Shown here one piece after another: positions 18,605 through 27,290 of a stretch of 64,000 nt of DNA; within the stretch, counting starts at the first letter, position 1; each line of letters begins with the position of its first letter. The position numbers and the translations under genes were made by a program. This DNA is from a virus. The notes beneath the pieces were generated by a model, which searched no databases, had not been told where the DNA came from, and worked only from the letters and a program-made list of their open reading frames with translations. The stretch covers positions 1 through 64,000 of IMG/VR virus record IMGVR_UViG_3300033997_000074, one strand, 5' to 3'.

Positions 18605-19497
18605 AAAAGTACAACTACAATTTTACAGTAGTTACTCCGGGTGGGTGTAATGCTGATTGTTCATTTTGCACAGACAAGATGAACTACAAAATGTCTAAGA
18701 ACTACTTTGAAAATTTATACAATATTGTTTTCAGTAAAAAACTCCCACACCAGTTTGACCAAGTGAGTATTTCTGGAGGGGAACCAACTAACAGTAAGCA
18801 CCTACATTCGATTCTGGCTCTTTTAGGTGTTGCACGCGAGCAAGGGATTTTCAATAAGGTGGTTTTGACAACCAACGGGGCAAAATTACTTGACCATGTG
18901 CATGCGATTGGTGATAATGTAAACCATCTAAACATATCTCGTCACGGAATTGGGTTTGATAAGAATGTCGAGGTGTTTAAGACGAAGGACATTGCTAGTG
19001 ACGAAGTTATTAAAACTGCTGCAATTACCCTTGGTAAGCGTGGGGTGGATATAAATTTTAACCACGTATATGATGATACTGAAGGGTTTGACGATAAATA
19101 TGTACTGGATTATATCGAGTATGCTAAGAGTCTTGGTGTAACCAAAGTGACGTTTAGGCACGATCAGAACAAGAATCAACTTAGTCAGACAAAACTGGAG
19201 AAGTATTTTGAAGACTACAAAATTGTAGAAGAAGGCAGTTGCCAAGTTTGCCGAAATCACACTATATTGGTGAGCGGGATGTATGTCAGCTTTAAGTCAA
19301 GCTTCGCTGAGCCAAGTAATTATCTCGGAGAGATGTACGAGCTTATATACCACCCATCGGGTAAGCTAACAACTGATTGGGAGGGTCAGAAAGAGTATTC
19401 CTCCCCTTCAATCAAACCTGATTTTGATCTGATATATAGGACTTACCCAGTTAGCAGCGGAAGTGGTGGGTGCGGGTCAGGAGGATGTGGTAAATGA
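18601..19497 (+). CDS. Radical SAM enzyme (MoaA/PqqE-like core) with a C-terminal Gly/Cys repeat
   Basis: GGCNADCSFC (CX3CX2C), SISGGEPT, LTTNG, a second CQVC pair, and the tail SSGSGGCGSGGCGK. Confidence 0.75.
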   Translation: MKKYNYNFTVVTPGGCNADCSFCTDKMNYKMSKNYFENLYNIVFSKKLPHQFDQVSISGGEPTNSKHLHSILALLGVAREQGIFNKVVLTTNGAKLLDHVHAIGDNVNHLNISRHGIGFDKNVEVFKTKDIASDEVIKTAAITLGKRGVDINFNHVYDDTEGFDDKYVLDYIEYAKSLGVTKVTFRHDQNKNQLSQTKLEKYFEDYKIVEEGSCQVCRNHTILVSGMYVSFKSSFAEPSNYLGEMYELIYHPSGKLTTDWEGQKEYSSPSIKPDFDLIYRTYPVSSGSGGCGSGGCGK

Positions 19498-19646
19498 CAC
19501 AAGAGGAAAAGCTTGCAATTGTGGTTGAAGCAGTCTTGAAGCTATATGGACATATTGAAATACGAACAAGGCGTGATGATGAGCTTATAAAGCTTCTTTA
19601 TGAAATTAAGAGAGGGGATGAGAAGGATGAACCAAATCCAGATTGA
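19494..19646 (+). CDS. Small 50-aa protein
   Basis: Manual translation: MTQEEKLAIVVEAVLKLYGHIEIRTRRDDELIKLLYEIKRGDEKDEPNPD. Its start overlaps the radical-SAM stop. Confidence 0.4.
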   Translation: MTQEEKLAIVVEAVLKLYGHIEIRTRRDDELIKLLYEIKRGDEKDEPNPD

Positions 19647-19860
19647 CTTCGTCAAACAGCTTGACCCAGAGGGATTAAACGGTTCGGTTGCTTCTGTCTT
19701 ACTACGTAACGATCTAAACATGTGCAACTACACAAAAACCTTGGAATTCTTGTTGCAAGTTACGATTGGGGAGCGTAAAATGCTAATCGAAGAGAATATG
19801 AAGCTTAGCAAAATTCTCAAAGACAGGAATTTATATCATTTGATTTTGGAGGATGTGTGA
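19627..19860 (+). CDS. Hypothetical protein
   Basis: ORF track trimmed to MNQIQIDF, which follows a purine-rich SD-like stretch (GAGGGGATGAGAAGG). Confidence 0.45.
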   Translation: MNQIQIDFVKQLDPEGLNGSVASVLLRNDLNMCNYTKTLEFLLQVTIGERKMLIEENMKLSKILKDRNLYHLILEDV

Positions 19861-20042
19861 TGAAATTGTGGCAGGAGGTCAGACGGGAGGGTAAGATACT
19901 TGACCGTGTTGATGTAGAAGATCAGTCAGGGGTACACTCAGAATTTTGGGTAGAATTAGGAACAAGTTATTACTACTGCAAGATGACTAATGGTGAGGTC
20001 ATCATGTTTGATGAGATTGAATACCCTTGGAGGATCAAATGA
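19857..20042 (+). CDS. Hypothetical protein
   Basis: 61-aa ORF overlapping both neighbours. Confidence 0.45.
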   Translation: MMKLWQEVRREGKILDRVDVEDQSGVHSEFWVELGTSYYYCKMTNGEVIMFDEIEYPWRIK

Positions 20043-20734
20043 ATAGTGATTTTAAAGATGAAAATATTTGGTTGATGCAAGGTGATTGTCTAGAACGTAT
20101 GAAGGAGATTCCTGATGGAAGTGTTGACTTAGTTTTGACTGATCCTCCTTACAACATTGCTAGGGAAAATAACTTTCACACTATGGGACGCGCTGGAATT
20201 GACTTCGGGGAGTGGGATAAGGGGGCAGACATACTGAGCTACATTACAGAGGTTTCCCGTGTACTGCACAAAAATGCAAGCTTTATTGTCTTCAATGATT
20301 GGAAAAATCTGGGGGATATTGTAAAGTTTGCAGAGAATGTGGGGTTTGAGACTAAGGATATGCTTCGATTAGAGAAATCAAACCCCATGCCGCGAAACCG
20401 TGATCGTAGGTATATTACAGACTATGAGTGTGCGATTTGGTTTGTGAAGAGAGGTGCTAAGTGGGTATTTAATCGACAAGATGAGAAATACCAACGTCCG
20501 AAATTTGTTCACAGCATTGACAAAGGGTTGCATCCGACACAGAAATCTCTCAAACTTATGGAAGAGCTTGTTAAAATTCACTCAAATAAGGAGCAAGTTG
20601 TACTGGATTGTTTCATTGGCAGCGGAACTACAGGGGTGGCCTGTGTGAGCACTGGCCGCCGATTCATCGGCGTTGAACTGGATGAAAATTATTTTAACAT
20701 TGCTAAGCAACGAATCACAGGAGAAAACAATTGA
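20039..20734 (+). CDS. DNA methyltransferase (DPPY motif; N6-adenine or N4-cytosine, beta-class order)
   Basis: DLVLTDPPYNI near the N-terminus and DCFIGSGTTGVA near the C-terminus. Confidence 0.85.
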   Translation: MNSDFKDENIWLMQGDCLERMKEIPDGSVDLVLTDPPYNIARENNFHTMGRAGIDFGEWDKGADILSYITEVSRVLHKNASFIVFNDWKNLGDIVKFAENVGFETKDMLRLEKSNPMPRNRDRRYITDYECAIWFVKRGAKWVFNRQDEKYQRPKFVHSIDKGLHPTQKSLKLMEELVKIHSNKEQVVLDCFIGSGTTGVACVSTGRRFIGVELDENYFNIAKQRITGENN

Positions 20735-20925
20735 GCAATAAAAACATTTATAAAGAATCACACTTTGTTGACTTCTACAAAGAAGTGGAAAATTATGCTT
20801 ATCTGCAAGGACTAGATTTCTCTGATGTGTCGCGTATGCGTAGTGAAGTGATGATTGCTTTTATGGCAGGTCTTGGTATAGAAGAGACATTTGATGCTGT
20901 TTTTCATACAGAAGGGGAGCTGTGA
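20731..20925 (+). CDS. Hypothetical protein
   Basis: 64-aa ORF overlapping both neighbours. Confidence 0.45.
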   Translation: MSNKNIYKESHFVDFYKEVENYAYLQGLDFSDVSRMRSEVMIAFMAGLGIEETFDAVFHTEGEL

Positions 20926-21476
20926 TGACTTGCATTGTAGGATGTATCCATAACGGTAAAGTGTTCTTGGCTGGCGACCAGCTTGGAAGCAATGGCTATT
21001 ATAAAGAAAATCACGAAAAGCTTACTAAAGTGTTTAAGGTTGGAGAGTTTCTGATTGGATACACAACAAACTTCCGTATGGGTCAGATTCTTCAATATTC
21101 TTGGACTCCTCCAACAATCTATCATGGGCAGGATGAAGACTCTTACATCTTCAATGATGTTGTAAAGAGCTTGTCTTCAGTCTTCGACGCTAATAAATAT
21201 GGCAAAAAGGATGGAGTAGAAGAAAACACTGGTGTGTTTCTAATGGGTTGGCGTGGACGCCTTTTTACAGTGCAGAGCAATCTTAGTGTTTTGGAACATG
21301 ACCGTTTTGCTGCCTGTGGTTGCGGAGAAGACTACGCTCGCGGTGCAATGTATACTTTGTTAGAGACTGGTCATTTAGACTCCGACCCTGTGGAGTTTTT
21401 GTCCTTTGCGATTAAATCAGCAGCTTATTTTAGCTGTGGTGTTGGAAATACAATCACGTTTGTTGGGGAGGAATGA
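20922..21476 (+). CDS. HslV/proteasome beta-like Ntn hydrolase
   Basis: MTCIVGCIHNGKVFLAGDQLGS compares with HslV [21 protein letters not shown], and ACGCGEDYARGAMYTLL with AIGSGGPYAQAAARALL (both recalled). Confidence 0.7.
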   Translation: MMTCIVGCIHNGKVFLAGDQLGSNGYYKENHEKLTKVFKVGEFLIGYTTNFRMGQILQYSWTPPTIYHGQDEDSYIFNDVVKSLSSVFDANKYGKKDGVEENTGVFLMGWRGRLFTVQSNLSVLEHDRFAACGCGEDYARGAMYTLLETGHLDSDPVEFLSFAIKSAAYFSCGVGNTITFVGEE

Positions 21477-22225
21477 TTATGGGTAAAGTACGAGTTACTG
21501 TTGATACAGAAGATAATAAAAGCCGTCCAGTTAAAAAGCCTCGTGCTTCCGAGGACACTGTTGCACGCCTAAATCAGTTCCACCCCACAGAATCTCAGAA
21601 AGAGGCGATTAATGTTGCTCGCGGACATACACTCAGCATCGTAGAAGGTGTCCCCGGTAGTGGCAAATCAACATCAATCCTGTGGGATTACTGCCAAGAG
21701 TATCTTAAAGACCCAAGTAAGCAGATTGTTGTAGTTAAATCTCCTACAGAAGCTGGACAACTTGACAAGATAGGTTTTCTTCCGGGGACCATCGACGAGA
21801 AGCTTTCGGCACATTTCGTAGCAAATCGACGCATTCTGGAAGAATTTCTTGGAAAAGGTAAAGTTGAGTGCGATCTTGGTAAACGCATTCACCTAATTGT
21901 GCCAAATTACCTGCTAGGTATGACTCTTGATAATAGCTTGATTCTTGTAGAAGAGGCTCAACAGCTACAACCGATGATGTTGAAATTGATTCTTGAGCGT
22001 ACAGGTTGTCAGTCCCGTGTGTGCGTTGTTGGGGACCGGATGCAACTCTATACAGACGCAAAAGAATCTAAACTACGAAACGGACTGACAGATTTGGTTC
22101 AGCGCTTCATTAATGAGGACGGTAGTGCTAAATTCGCAGACGTGGGTCACTACAAGTTTGGAATTGAAAGCGTCATGCGAAGCGAGATCGTTAAGACCGT
22201 TATTAAAGCCTATTATGATGTGTGA
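21473..22225 (+). CDS. phoH: PhoH-like ATPase
   Basis: Walker A GVPGSGKST and Walker B-like LILVEEAQQ. Confidence 0.8.
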   Translation: MIMGKVRVTVDTEDNKSRPVKKPRASEDTVARLNQFHPTESQKEAINVARGHTLSIVEGVPGSGKSTSILWDYCQEYLKDPSKQIVVVKSPTEAGQLDKIGFLPGTIDEKLSAHFVANRRILEEFLGKGKVECDLGKRIHLIVPNYLLGMTLDNSLILVEEAQQLQPMMLKLILERTGCQSRVCVVGDRMQLYTDAKESKLRNGLTDLVQRFINEDGSAKFADVGHYKFGIESVMRSEIVKTVIKAYYDV

Positions 22226-22234
22226 GGGGGTTAC

Positions 22235-23002
22235 ATGAATGAAGATTTTAAAATGATGCCACTTGTTCAACCAAAGCGAGTGCTGACTAGGACTTTCCAG
22301 AACACCGAATATAAGATTCGTCTTGCTCGACCTATCACGGAGATTGATGACTTCGAAGAAGAGATTATGGTGTTCGAGGAAGCTTCTGAAGGAGATTTGG
22401 TTTCAGTCCAGCTATCGAGTCCGGGTGGTTCCCTTGAGACGTGTGACTTCATCTGCCGACGAATGCTGGAATGCCAAGCACCAATTGTTGTAGAAATTGG
22501 AATTACTTGCGCTTCGGCTGCATCTGCTATCTGCCTTCATGCCGATGAGTGGGTGATCCACGACAGCAGTACGATGATGGTACATGCGTGTTCGTACTCT
22601 CCGGGGTGGGGTAAAGAGGTTGATGTGTTTGCTTCTGCAACTTACACTAACCGCATCAATCGGGAGTGGTTGGAACGGACTTATAAAGGGTTCCTTAGTG
22701 ATAGCGAGATTCAATCAGTGTTGGACGGAAAGGATTTGTACTTCTACGCAGATGACCTGCGTGAGCGGCTTCCAAAGTACAAGGAATATCGTGAACAAAA
22801 GATGATGGATATGTGTGAATGTGGCGATTGTGAAAGACAAGAACCACCGCTGTCCATTGAAAACATGATGTTCGAAGCTGCCAAAAAAGCTCTCGCTGCT
22901 CACGAAGCAGAGAAAGCTAAGAAGGAAGCCAAGGCTAGGAAAGCTGCTGAACGTAAACCAAAGGACACACCTTCCGAACAAAAACCGGAAGATATTTCAT
23001 AA
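22235..23002 (+). CDS. ClpP-fold serine protease, separate from the prohead protease, with a Lys-rich tail
   Basis: SSPGGSLE, GITCASAASAI (Ser) and MMVHAC (His). The C-terminus reads KKALAAHEAEKAKKEAKARKAAERKPK. Confidence 0.7.
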   Translation: MNEDFKMMPLVQPKRVLTRTFQNTEYKIRLARPITEIDDFEEEIMVFEEASEGDLVSVQLSSPGGSLETCDFICRRMLECQAPIVVEIGITCASAASAICLHADEWVIHDSSTMMVHACSYSPGWGKEVDVFASATYTNRINREWLERTYKGFLSDSEIQSVLDGKDLYFYADDLRERLPKYKEYREQKMMDMCECGDCERQEPPLSIENMMFEAAKKALAAHEAEKAKKEAKARKAAERKPKDTPSEQKPEDIS

Positions 23003-23009
23003 AGTATCG

Positions 23010-23038
23010 TTGACACAGGGGCTAGCCTGATTTATTCT
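23010..23038 (+). promoter_or_regulatory. Candidate promoter with a hairpin across the spacer and -10
   Basis: TTGACAcAGGGGCTAgcctgatttatTCTAGCCCC: TTGACA-17 nt-TATTCT. Confidence 0.45.
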
Positions 23039-23065
23039 AGCCCCATCTAAACAGAGGAGACATAA

Positions 23066-23518
23066 ATGACAATCCGTAAAGTAAAAGGAAAGTGGGAAGT
23101 TGGGTATAAGGATACTTATTCTCTGAGCCATTCGCTCAGCCCAATCATCTTCGCAGGACTAAAGAAGTTCCACGATGTTCTGGTTGAACGTAATCAGAGC
23201 GGAAAAACTATGGGTATTCCTCATGGTTATATGAAAGATGAAGATCAGTGGGTAACGGATTCAGATGTTCAAGGCTGGCTAGATGATGTCAAGAAAATGA
23301 TGTATGCGTTCGACCAAGATTCGGAGCCTAATATCAAAGATTACAATTTCAGCTACCCAAACGCTTTCAAAGATCGGGAAGAAGGATCGTCTGTAGATTT
23401 GACCTGTTCCAACCCAGCAGAGCAAGAAAGGTATCGTAAAGATATGAAGGAATGGCAGAAAAAGGTGGAAGAGGGTCTGAAGCTCTTCGGAGAAAAATAT
23501 CAAGATTTGTGGTGGTAG
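23066..23518 (+). CDS. Hypothetical protein
   Basis: 150-aa ORF with SD GAGGAG upstream. Confidence 0.55.
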   Translation: MTIRKVKGKWEVGYKDTYSLSHSLSPIIFAGLKKFHDVLVERNQSGKTMGIPHGYMKDEDQWVTDSDVQGWLDDVKKMMYAFDQDSEPNIKDYNFSYPNAFKDREEGSSVDLTCSNPAEQERYRKDMKEWQKKVEEGLKLFGEKYQDLWW

Positions 23519-23519
23519 T

Positions 23520-23798
23520 GTGGCTTGGTTTGTATTTGAATCTGAAGAAATTATAATGGGACCGTATCTGACCCGTAAAGAAGCAGAGCGTGATTTAGAC
23601 ATACAAATGACGGAGTGCTATTTGGGTGAAGATTACCCATCACCATATATTGATTTTGTAGAGCACGAAGATGATTGGTTTAATTGGGAAGAGATGGACT
23701 TTACTGAGAACAGACTGTATTATGGAAGAGATGTGAGGGGCTTAGATAATCTGCCCTTCAAACAAAGAATTAAGAAAAAATTTAAGGCTGTTGAGTAG
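23520..23798 (+). CDS. Hypothetical protein (GTG start)
   Basis: 92-aa ORF in a packed array. Confidence 0.45.
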   Translation: MAWFVFESEEIIMGPYLTRKEAERDLDIQMTECYLGEDYPSPYIDFVEHEDDWFNWEEMDFTENRLYYGRDVRGLDNLPFKQRIKKKFKAVE

Positions 23799-23810
23799 GA
23801 GATTGGAGAA

Positions 23811-24029
23811 ATGAATCGCTATACTCTTGTGTATTGACCAAGTGGCCAAAACATTCATCTACCTGTAGAATGTGACATGGAGTCAACCTTCTGTTGGAGT
23901 CCCTTTTGTGACAGCCCGTGTGATTGTGGCTACACGTTTGAGGAAGCAAAGGATGCGGTGATTCGTTATTACGAAGAAAAGATTGAGCGCCTAAAAACAC
24001 TGTCCGAGGAAGAGTGGGAGAACATTTGA
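23811..24029 (+). pseudogene. ORF interrupted by an in-frame TGA at 23835-23837 (readthrough, pseudogene, or a 50-aa product from ATG 23877)
   Basis: GGAGATTGGAGAA ATG, then MNRYTLVY-TGA-PSGQNIHLPVECDMESTFCWSPFCDSPCDCGYTFEEAKDAVIRYYEEKIERLKTLSEEEWENI. There is no SD before ATG 23877. Confidence 0.35.
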
Positions 24030-24030
24030 A

Positions 24031-24324
24031 ATGACAAGCATTAAGAAAGGACTTATCTGCAACCTAAGCCCTCATAAATTCAATCGTCTTAAAGAACGAG
24101 AAGAGGCTGTAGTGGGTGTAGCCCACTATACACCAAAGGGAGTGTCCCAATACAAATCAGATGTTGCTCTTGAAGCTTTCTATATCTGTCCATTCCTTTA
24201 CATGAAGATTAAATGTAAGAAACAACCAGAGAATCGTCTTAAGACTGTTTGTATTCGTGTGGATAGGTCTACAGGCTATGACAATCTCTTCACTTGCTTT
24301 GTTGAAGACAACACTGTTCTGTAA
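24031..24324 (+). CDS. Hypothetical protein
   Basis: 97-aa ORF in a packed array. Confidence 0.5.
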   Translation: MTSIKKGLICNLSPHKFNRLKEREEAVVGVAHYTPKGVSQYKSDVALEAFYICPFLYMKIKCKKQPENRLKTVCIRVDRSTGYDNLFTCFVEDNTVL

Positions 24325-24338
24325 TAAGGAGTCGAAGT

Positions 24339-24617
24339 ATGACTAAAAAAGAGGTTAAGGTCACTGTGGTTTCTTATGAGGATTTCAGCGATTACGAGTT
24401 TAATCCCCCAGCGACCTTCTATATTATGGACTGCCTACAGAACTATCATTTTGTCCATACATCTGACAGGAAGGTTGCACAGGATTGGGTTGATGAGACA
24501 TTCGGTAAAGGTCGGTACACAGTGAAGGCTTCTAAGATTCAGAAAACGAAGTTTAAGAATGAGGCAGGTATTTATACCGTGACGGGAACTTCAACTCGTC
24601 GGGGACAGAAGCGATGA
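24339..24617 (+). CDS. Hypothetical protein
   Basis: 92-aa ORF with SD AAGGAG upstream. Confidence 0.5.
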   Translation: MTKKEVKVTVVSYEDFSDYEFNPPATFYIMDCLQNYHFVHTSDRKVAQDWVDETFGKGRYTVKASKIQKTKFKNEAGIYTVTGTSTRRGQKR

Positions 24618-24895
24618 GCAACTACATTTATGACTACCAAGAAACTGTTCGTGTAGATGGGATTGATGGTCTTTACATTGTTTCTTCTCGTAAGACAAAA
24701 TCTCTTCCATCTGGCGTAGTAACACGTTATTATTCTCTCGTTGGAGCTGTTACAGGGAAGCCTCTTATTAATACAGGAGGGACTTGGTGGCCTTCTTCGA
24801 GTCTTAAAAAGAATTACAGTGAAAGCTATATGACGTTCCATGAGCTTATGGATGTATTGAAGAATGATGTTATTCAACAGGATGATTTTGAATAG
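24614..24895 (+). CDS. Hypothetical protein
   Basis: 93-aa ORF with an ATGA overlap. Confidence 0.5.
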   Translation: MSNYIYDYQETVRVDGIDGLYIVSSRKTKSLPSGVVTRYYSLVGAVTGKPLINTGGTWWPSSSLKKNYSESYMTFHELMDVLKNDVIQQDDFE

Positions 24896-24906
24896 GAGAA
24901 AATGAG

Positions 24907-25122
24907 ATGGCAGCAGCAGACTACCGACTGTGTGATCGGTGTAATGAGAAAGTTTTCTACGATGCAAGTCTGAATTATCAGCTTGAAGAAGACGATTGGA
25001 CCAGCTTCGACGAAATTGACAAGAAGCGGGGATATAGATTGGATTATCTTGGCGATTGGCTTTGCCTTTGTAAAGACTGCTCAGAGCGCTACATCATTGT
25101 CACAATGGATCGGGAGGGATAA
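24907..25122 (+). CDS. Small Cys-rich protein
   Basis: 71 aa with CDRC...CLCKDC. Confidence 0.5.
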   Translation: MAAADYRLCDRCNEKVFYDASLNYQLEEDDWTSFDEIDKKRGYRLDYLGDWLCLCKDCSERYIIVTMDREG

Positions 25123-25529
25123 TGGCACACAATAAAGAGCTAGCAAAGCAACAAGGAATCTCACAAGAAGCTTGTGTTGCGATTGACGTGCTTCATAAGA
25201 TGCGTGAACAGATTGTATCACGTCCGGATATGTTCTTCGATAACACTGAGGATGCTGTAGAAGCTCTACATGGAATTTCTTTTGCTCTTCAGTGGATTTG
25301 GAAATTTCCTCTTGACAAGAAAATGCACAAAGATGTGTTTGATTTTGAATTCAATCGTATGTGGGCAGGGTTGAAGTATAAATGCACCAAGACTGGAGAA
25401 ATCTTTACAATCCCAGAAAACGTAAAGGAGTGTGATTTCTTCCAATTTGGTGAAGCTTTTATTGATGTTGGGCGTCGAGGCTCTTATTGTCGTCTGAGTG
25501 GGTGCATTAGCGTAGGAGAGGGTGATTGA
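25122..25529 (+). CDS. Hypothetical protein
   Basis: 135-aa ORF in a packed array. Confidence 0.5.
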   Translation: MAHNKELAKQQGISQEACVAIDVLHKMREQIVSRPDMFFDNTEDAVEALHGISFALQWIWKFPLDKKMHKDVFDFEFNRMWAGLKYKCTKTGEIFTIPENVKECDFFQFGEAFIDVGRRGSYCRLSGCISVGEGD

Positions 25530-25933
25530 ATAAATGGGATAAGATGTATATGGATATTGCCCTCCGCGTTGCCAAGGAGAGCAAGTGTCCTCGAAAGCAA
25601 GTGGGGTGTTGCATCCTCCTTGAATCTGGTCTGTTGGCTACAGGAATTAACGGGTTTCCAGCAGGACAAGAAGAGATGTGGACAGATGGAGAAAGTAGTA
25701 ATCCTTTTGTTACGCACGCAGAACTATCAGCAATGGGCAAGCTTCTTGAAGAGGGTGTTAGTGCCAAAGGGGCAACAGTCTACGTTTCAATGCAACCCTG
25801 TGTTGACTGTTCGAAGCTGCTTGTCCGAGCCAAAGTGAAGCGTGTTGTGTACAAAGAAGAATATCGCTGCAAACAAGGATTGGAATATCTCATCAAATAT
25901 GGTGTTGAGGTTGATCGGTTTATGGAAGGCTAA
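25526..25933 (+). CDS. dCMP (deoxycytidylate) deaminase
   Basis: Zinc-binding motifs HAELSAM and PCVDCSKLL. TTG start overlaps the upstream stop. Confidence 0.85.
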   Translation: MNKWDKMYMDIALRVAKESKCPRKQVGCCILLESGLLATGINGFPAGQEEMWTDGESSNPFVTHAELSAMGKLLEEGVSAKGATVYVSMQPCVDCSKLLVRAKVKRVVYKEEYRCKQGLEYLIKYGVEVDRFMEG

Positions 25934-26006
25934 AAAATAGTCACTAATAGTGTAGTATTTCTATCAATCATAAACCAACGATTAGCAAATTCAATGAAGA
26001 AAATGA

Positions 26007-26035
26007 TTGACACACAGGAGCCACTAGCTTATTCT
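26007..26035 (+). promoter_or_regulatory. Candidate promoter upstream of the wall hydrolase
   Basis: TTGACAcaCAGGAGC...-17 nt-TATTCT. Confidence 0.45.
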
Positions 26036-26109
26036 CTTTACATAGAGATTGGTTAGTGGCTTTTCTTCATTCTGAAGGACGCCTTTTCTTGTTTATGGAG
26101 GATGAAAAT

Positions 26110-26667
26110 ATGAATAACAGGATGACTTCTCTTGAGTTTATCTGCTGGAGTGTCTTCTTAGGTGGCGTTTTGTTCTTCCTGGATGTGTGGTTATCTGATA
26201 TGTACGAAGGCCGTCACAAGATTAAGCAGCTTCCACCAGCTCCTAATGGCTTTCAGCACACGCGAGAAGAGAAGGCTATCTTGTGTACAGGGTGGTCCAC
26301 TTGCATGAAACTCTCAGAAGCTGTATTGTGGGAATCTCGTGGTGAACCACTGGAGGGACGACGCCTTGTTGCACAAGTGATTCTGAATCGTGTTAATCAC
26401 AAAAACTGGCCCAACACTGTCGAGGACGTAATTCATCAGCGTAAGCAATTCAGCTATTTGCAAGATAAACACAAGCAACGCACACCAACACAAAAAGATT
26501 GGACAGAGGCTCGTGCTACAGCTTACAATGTGCTACACGGTTTGGTTCCTGATGAGTCTCAAGGAGCTACACATTACACAGAAAAGAATGTTCAGCGTAG
26601 CTGGATGAAGAATCTTGAGCTAATAGGTGTAGTAGGTCAACATAAGTTCTTTCGCGGAGCGAACTAA
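26110..26667 (+). CDS. SleB-type cell-wall hydrolase (endolysin candidate) with an N-terminal transmembrane/signal-anchor segment
   Basis: WESRGEPLEGRRLVAQVILNRV...QFSY...ATHY, and N-terminal LEFICWSVFLGGVLFFLDVWL. GGAGGA lies 7 nt before ATG 26110. Confidence 0.8.
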   Translation: MNNRMTSLEFICWSVFLGGVLFFLDVWLSDMYEGRHKIKQLPPAPNGFQHTREEKAILCTGWSTCMKLSEAVLWESRGEPLEGRRLVAQVILNRVNHKNWPNTVEDVIHQRKQFSYLQDKHKQRTPTQKDWTEARATAYNVLHGLVPDESQGATHYTEKNVQRSWMKNLELIGVVGQHKFFRGAN

Positions 26668-27017
26668 TGAAGCTTGAGATTGTTGGAGGGAATTATGATG
26701 AAGCTGCAAGGAAAGCTTTCAAAGGAAACCCAAATACAGCCCTGAGCTTCTTCATTGTGGCGTCGTATTGCTACTATGCAGTTTACGAAAGCATCCTATC
26801 AGACGAGTGTTATGATAAGATGGCTCGTTATCTGCTACAGAATTGGGATAAGGTGGATCACGTTAACAAAAATCTTGTGACGAAGGACAATTTAAAGGCT
26901 GGAAGTCTTTACAACCTGAAAGAAAGCGACTACCCTACAAGGGTGAGAGTGACAGCAGATATTCTTATCAGAGATTTGCTGTTGTGGAGGAACGAACGAG
27001 GGGAGAATCAGAAATGA
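26667..27017 (+). CDS. Hypothetical protein
   Basis: 116-aa ORF in a packed array. Confidence 0.5.
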   Translation: MKLEIVGGNYDEAARKAFKGNPNTALSFFIVASYCYYAVYESILSDECYDKMARYLLQNWDKVDHVNKNLVTKDNLKAGSLYNLKESDYPTRVRVTADILIRDLLLWRNERGENQK

Positions 27018-27289
27018 TAGAACTGCCTGTAGAATATAAATCATTGGTTTATTTGCACCGATATGTCGGCTGCGTAAAGACCGTTGAGTTTGCCTGCAAA
27101 ATCTGGAACGAGCTTCATCAGATGGACAGCTTGCGCATAAAGTATGTCAAAGAACCTGAGAGTACAATTGTGGTGACAGGTAAGTGCCGAGATTTAGAAC
27201 TCTTCCTGCCCATCTCCCGATACCTAACAGCGATTGGTGTTGATGTGCAGTACGAGAAGACCGTTATGACAATAGAGCTTGAGGTGTAA
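27014..27289 (+). CDS. Hypothetical protein
   Basis: Trimmed to MIELPVEYK, which follows GGGGAG. Confidence 0.45.
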   Translation: MIELPVEYKSLVYLHRYVGCVKTVEFACKIWNELHQMDSLRIKYVKEPESTIVVTGKCRDLELFLPISRYLTAIGVDVQYEKTVMTIELEV

Positions 27290-27290
27290 G

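Noticed and set aside
22235-23002. The ClpP-fold gene as the prohead maturation protease
   Set aside because: The head module already contains an S49 protease-scaffold fusion in the canonical position (5623..6996). This gene lies in the early/middle block, so a non-capsid role is more likely.
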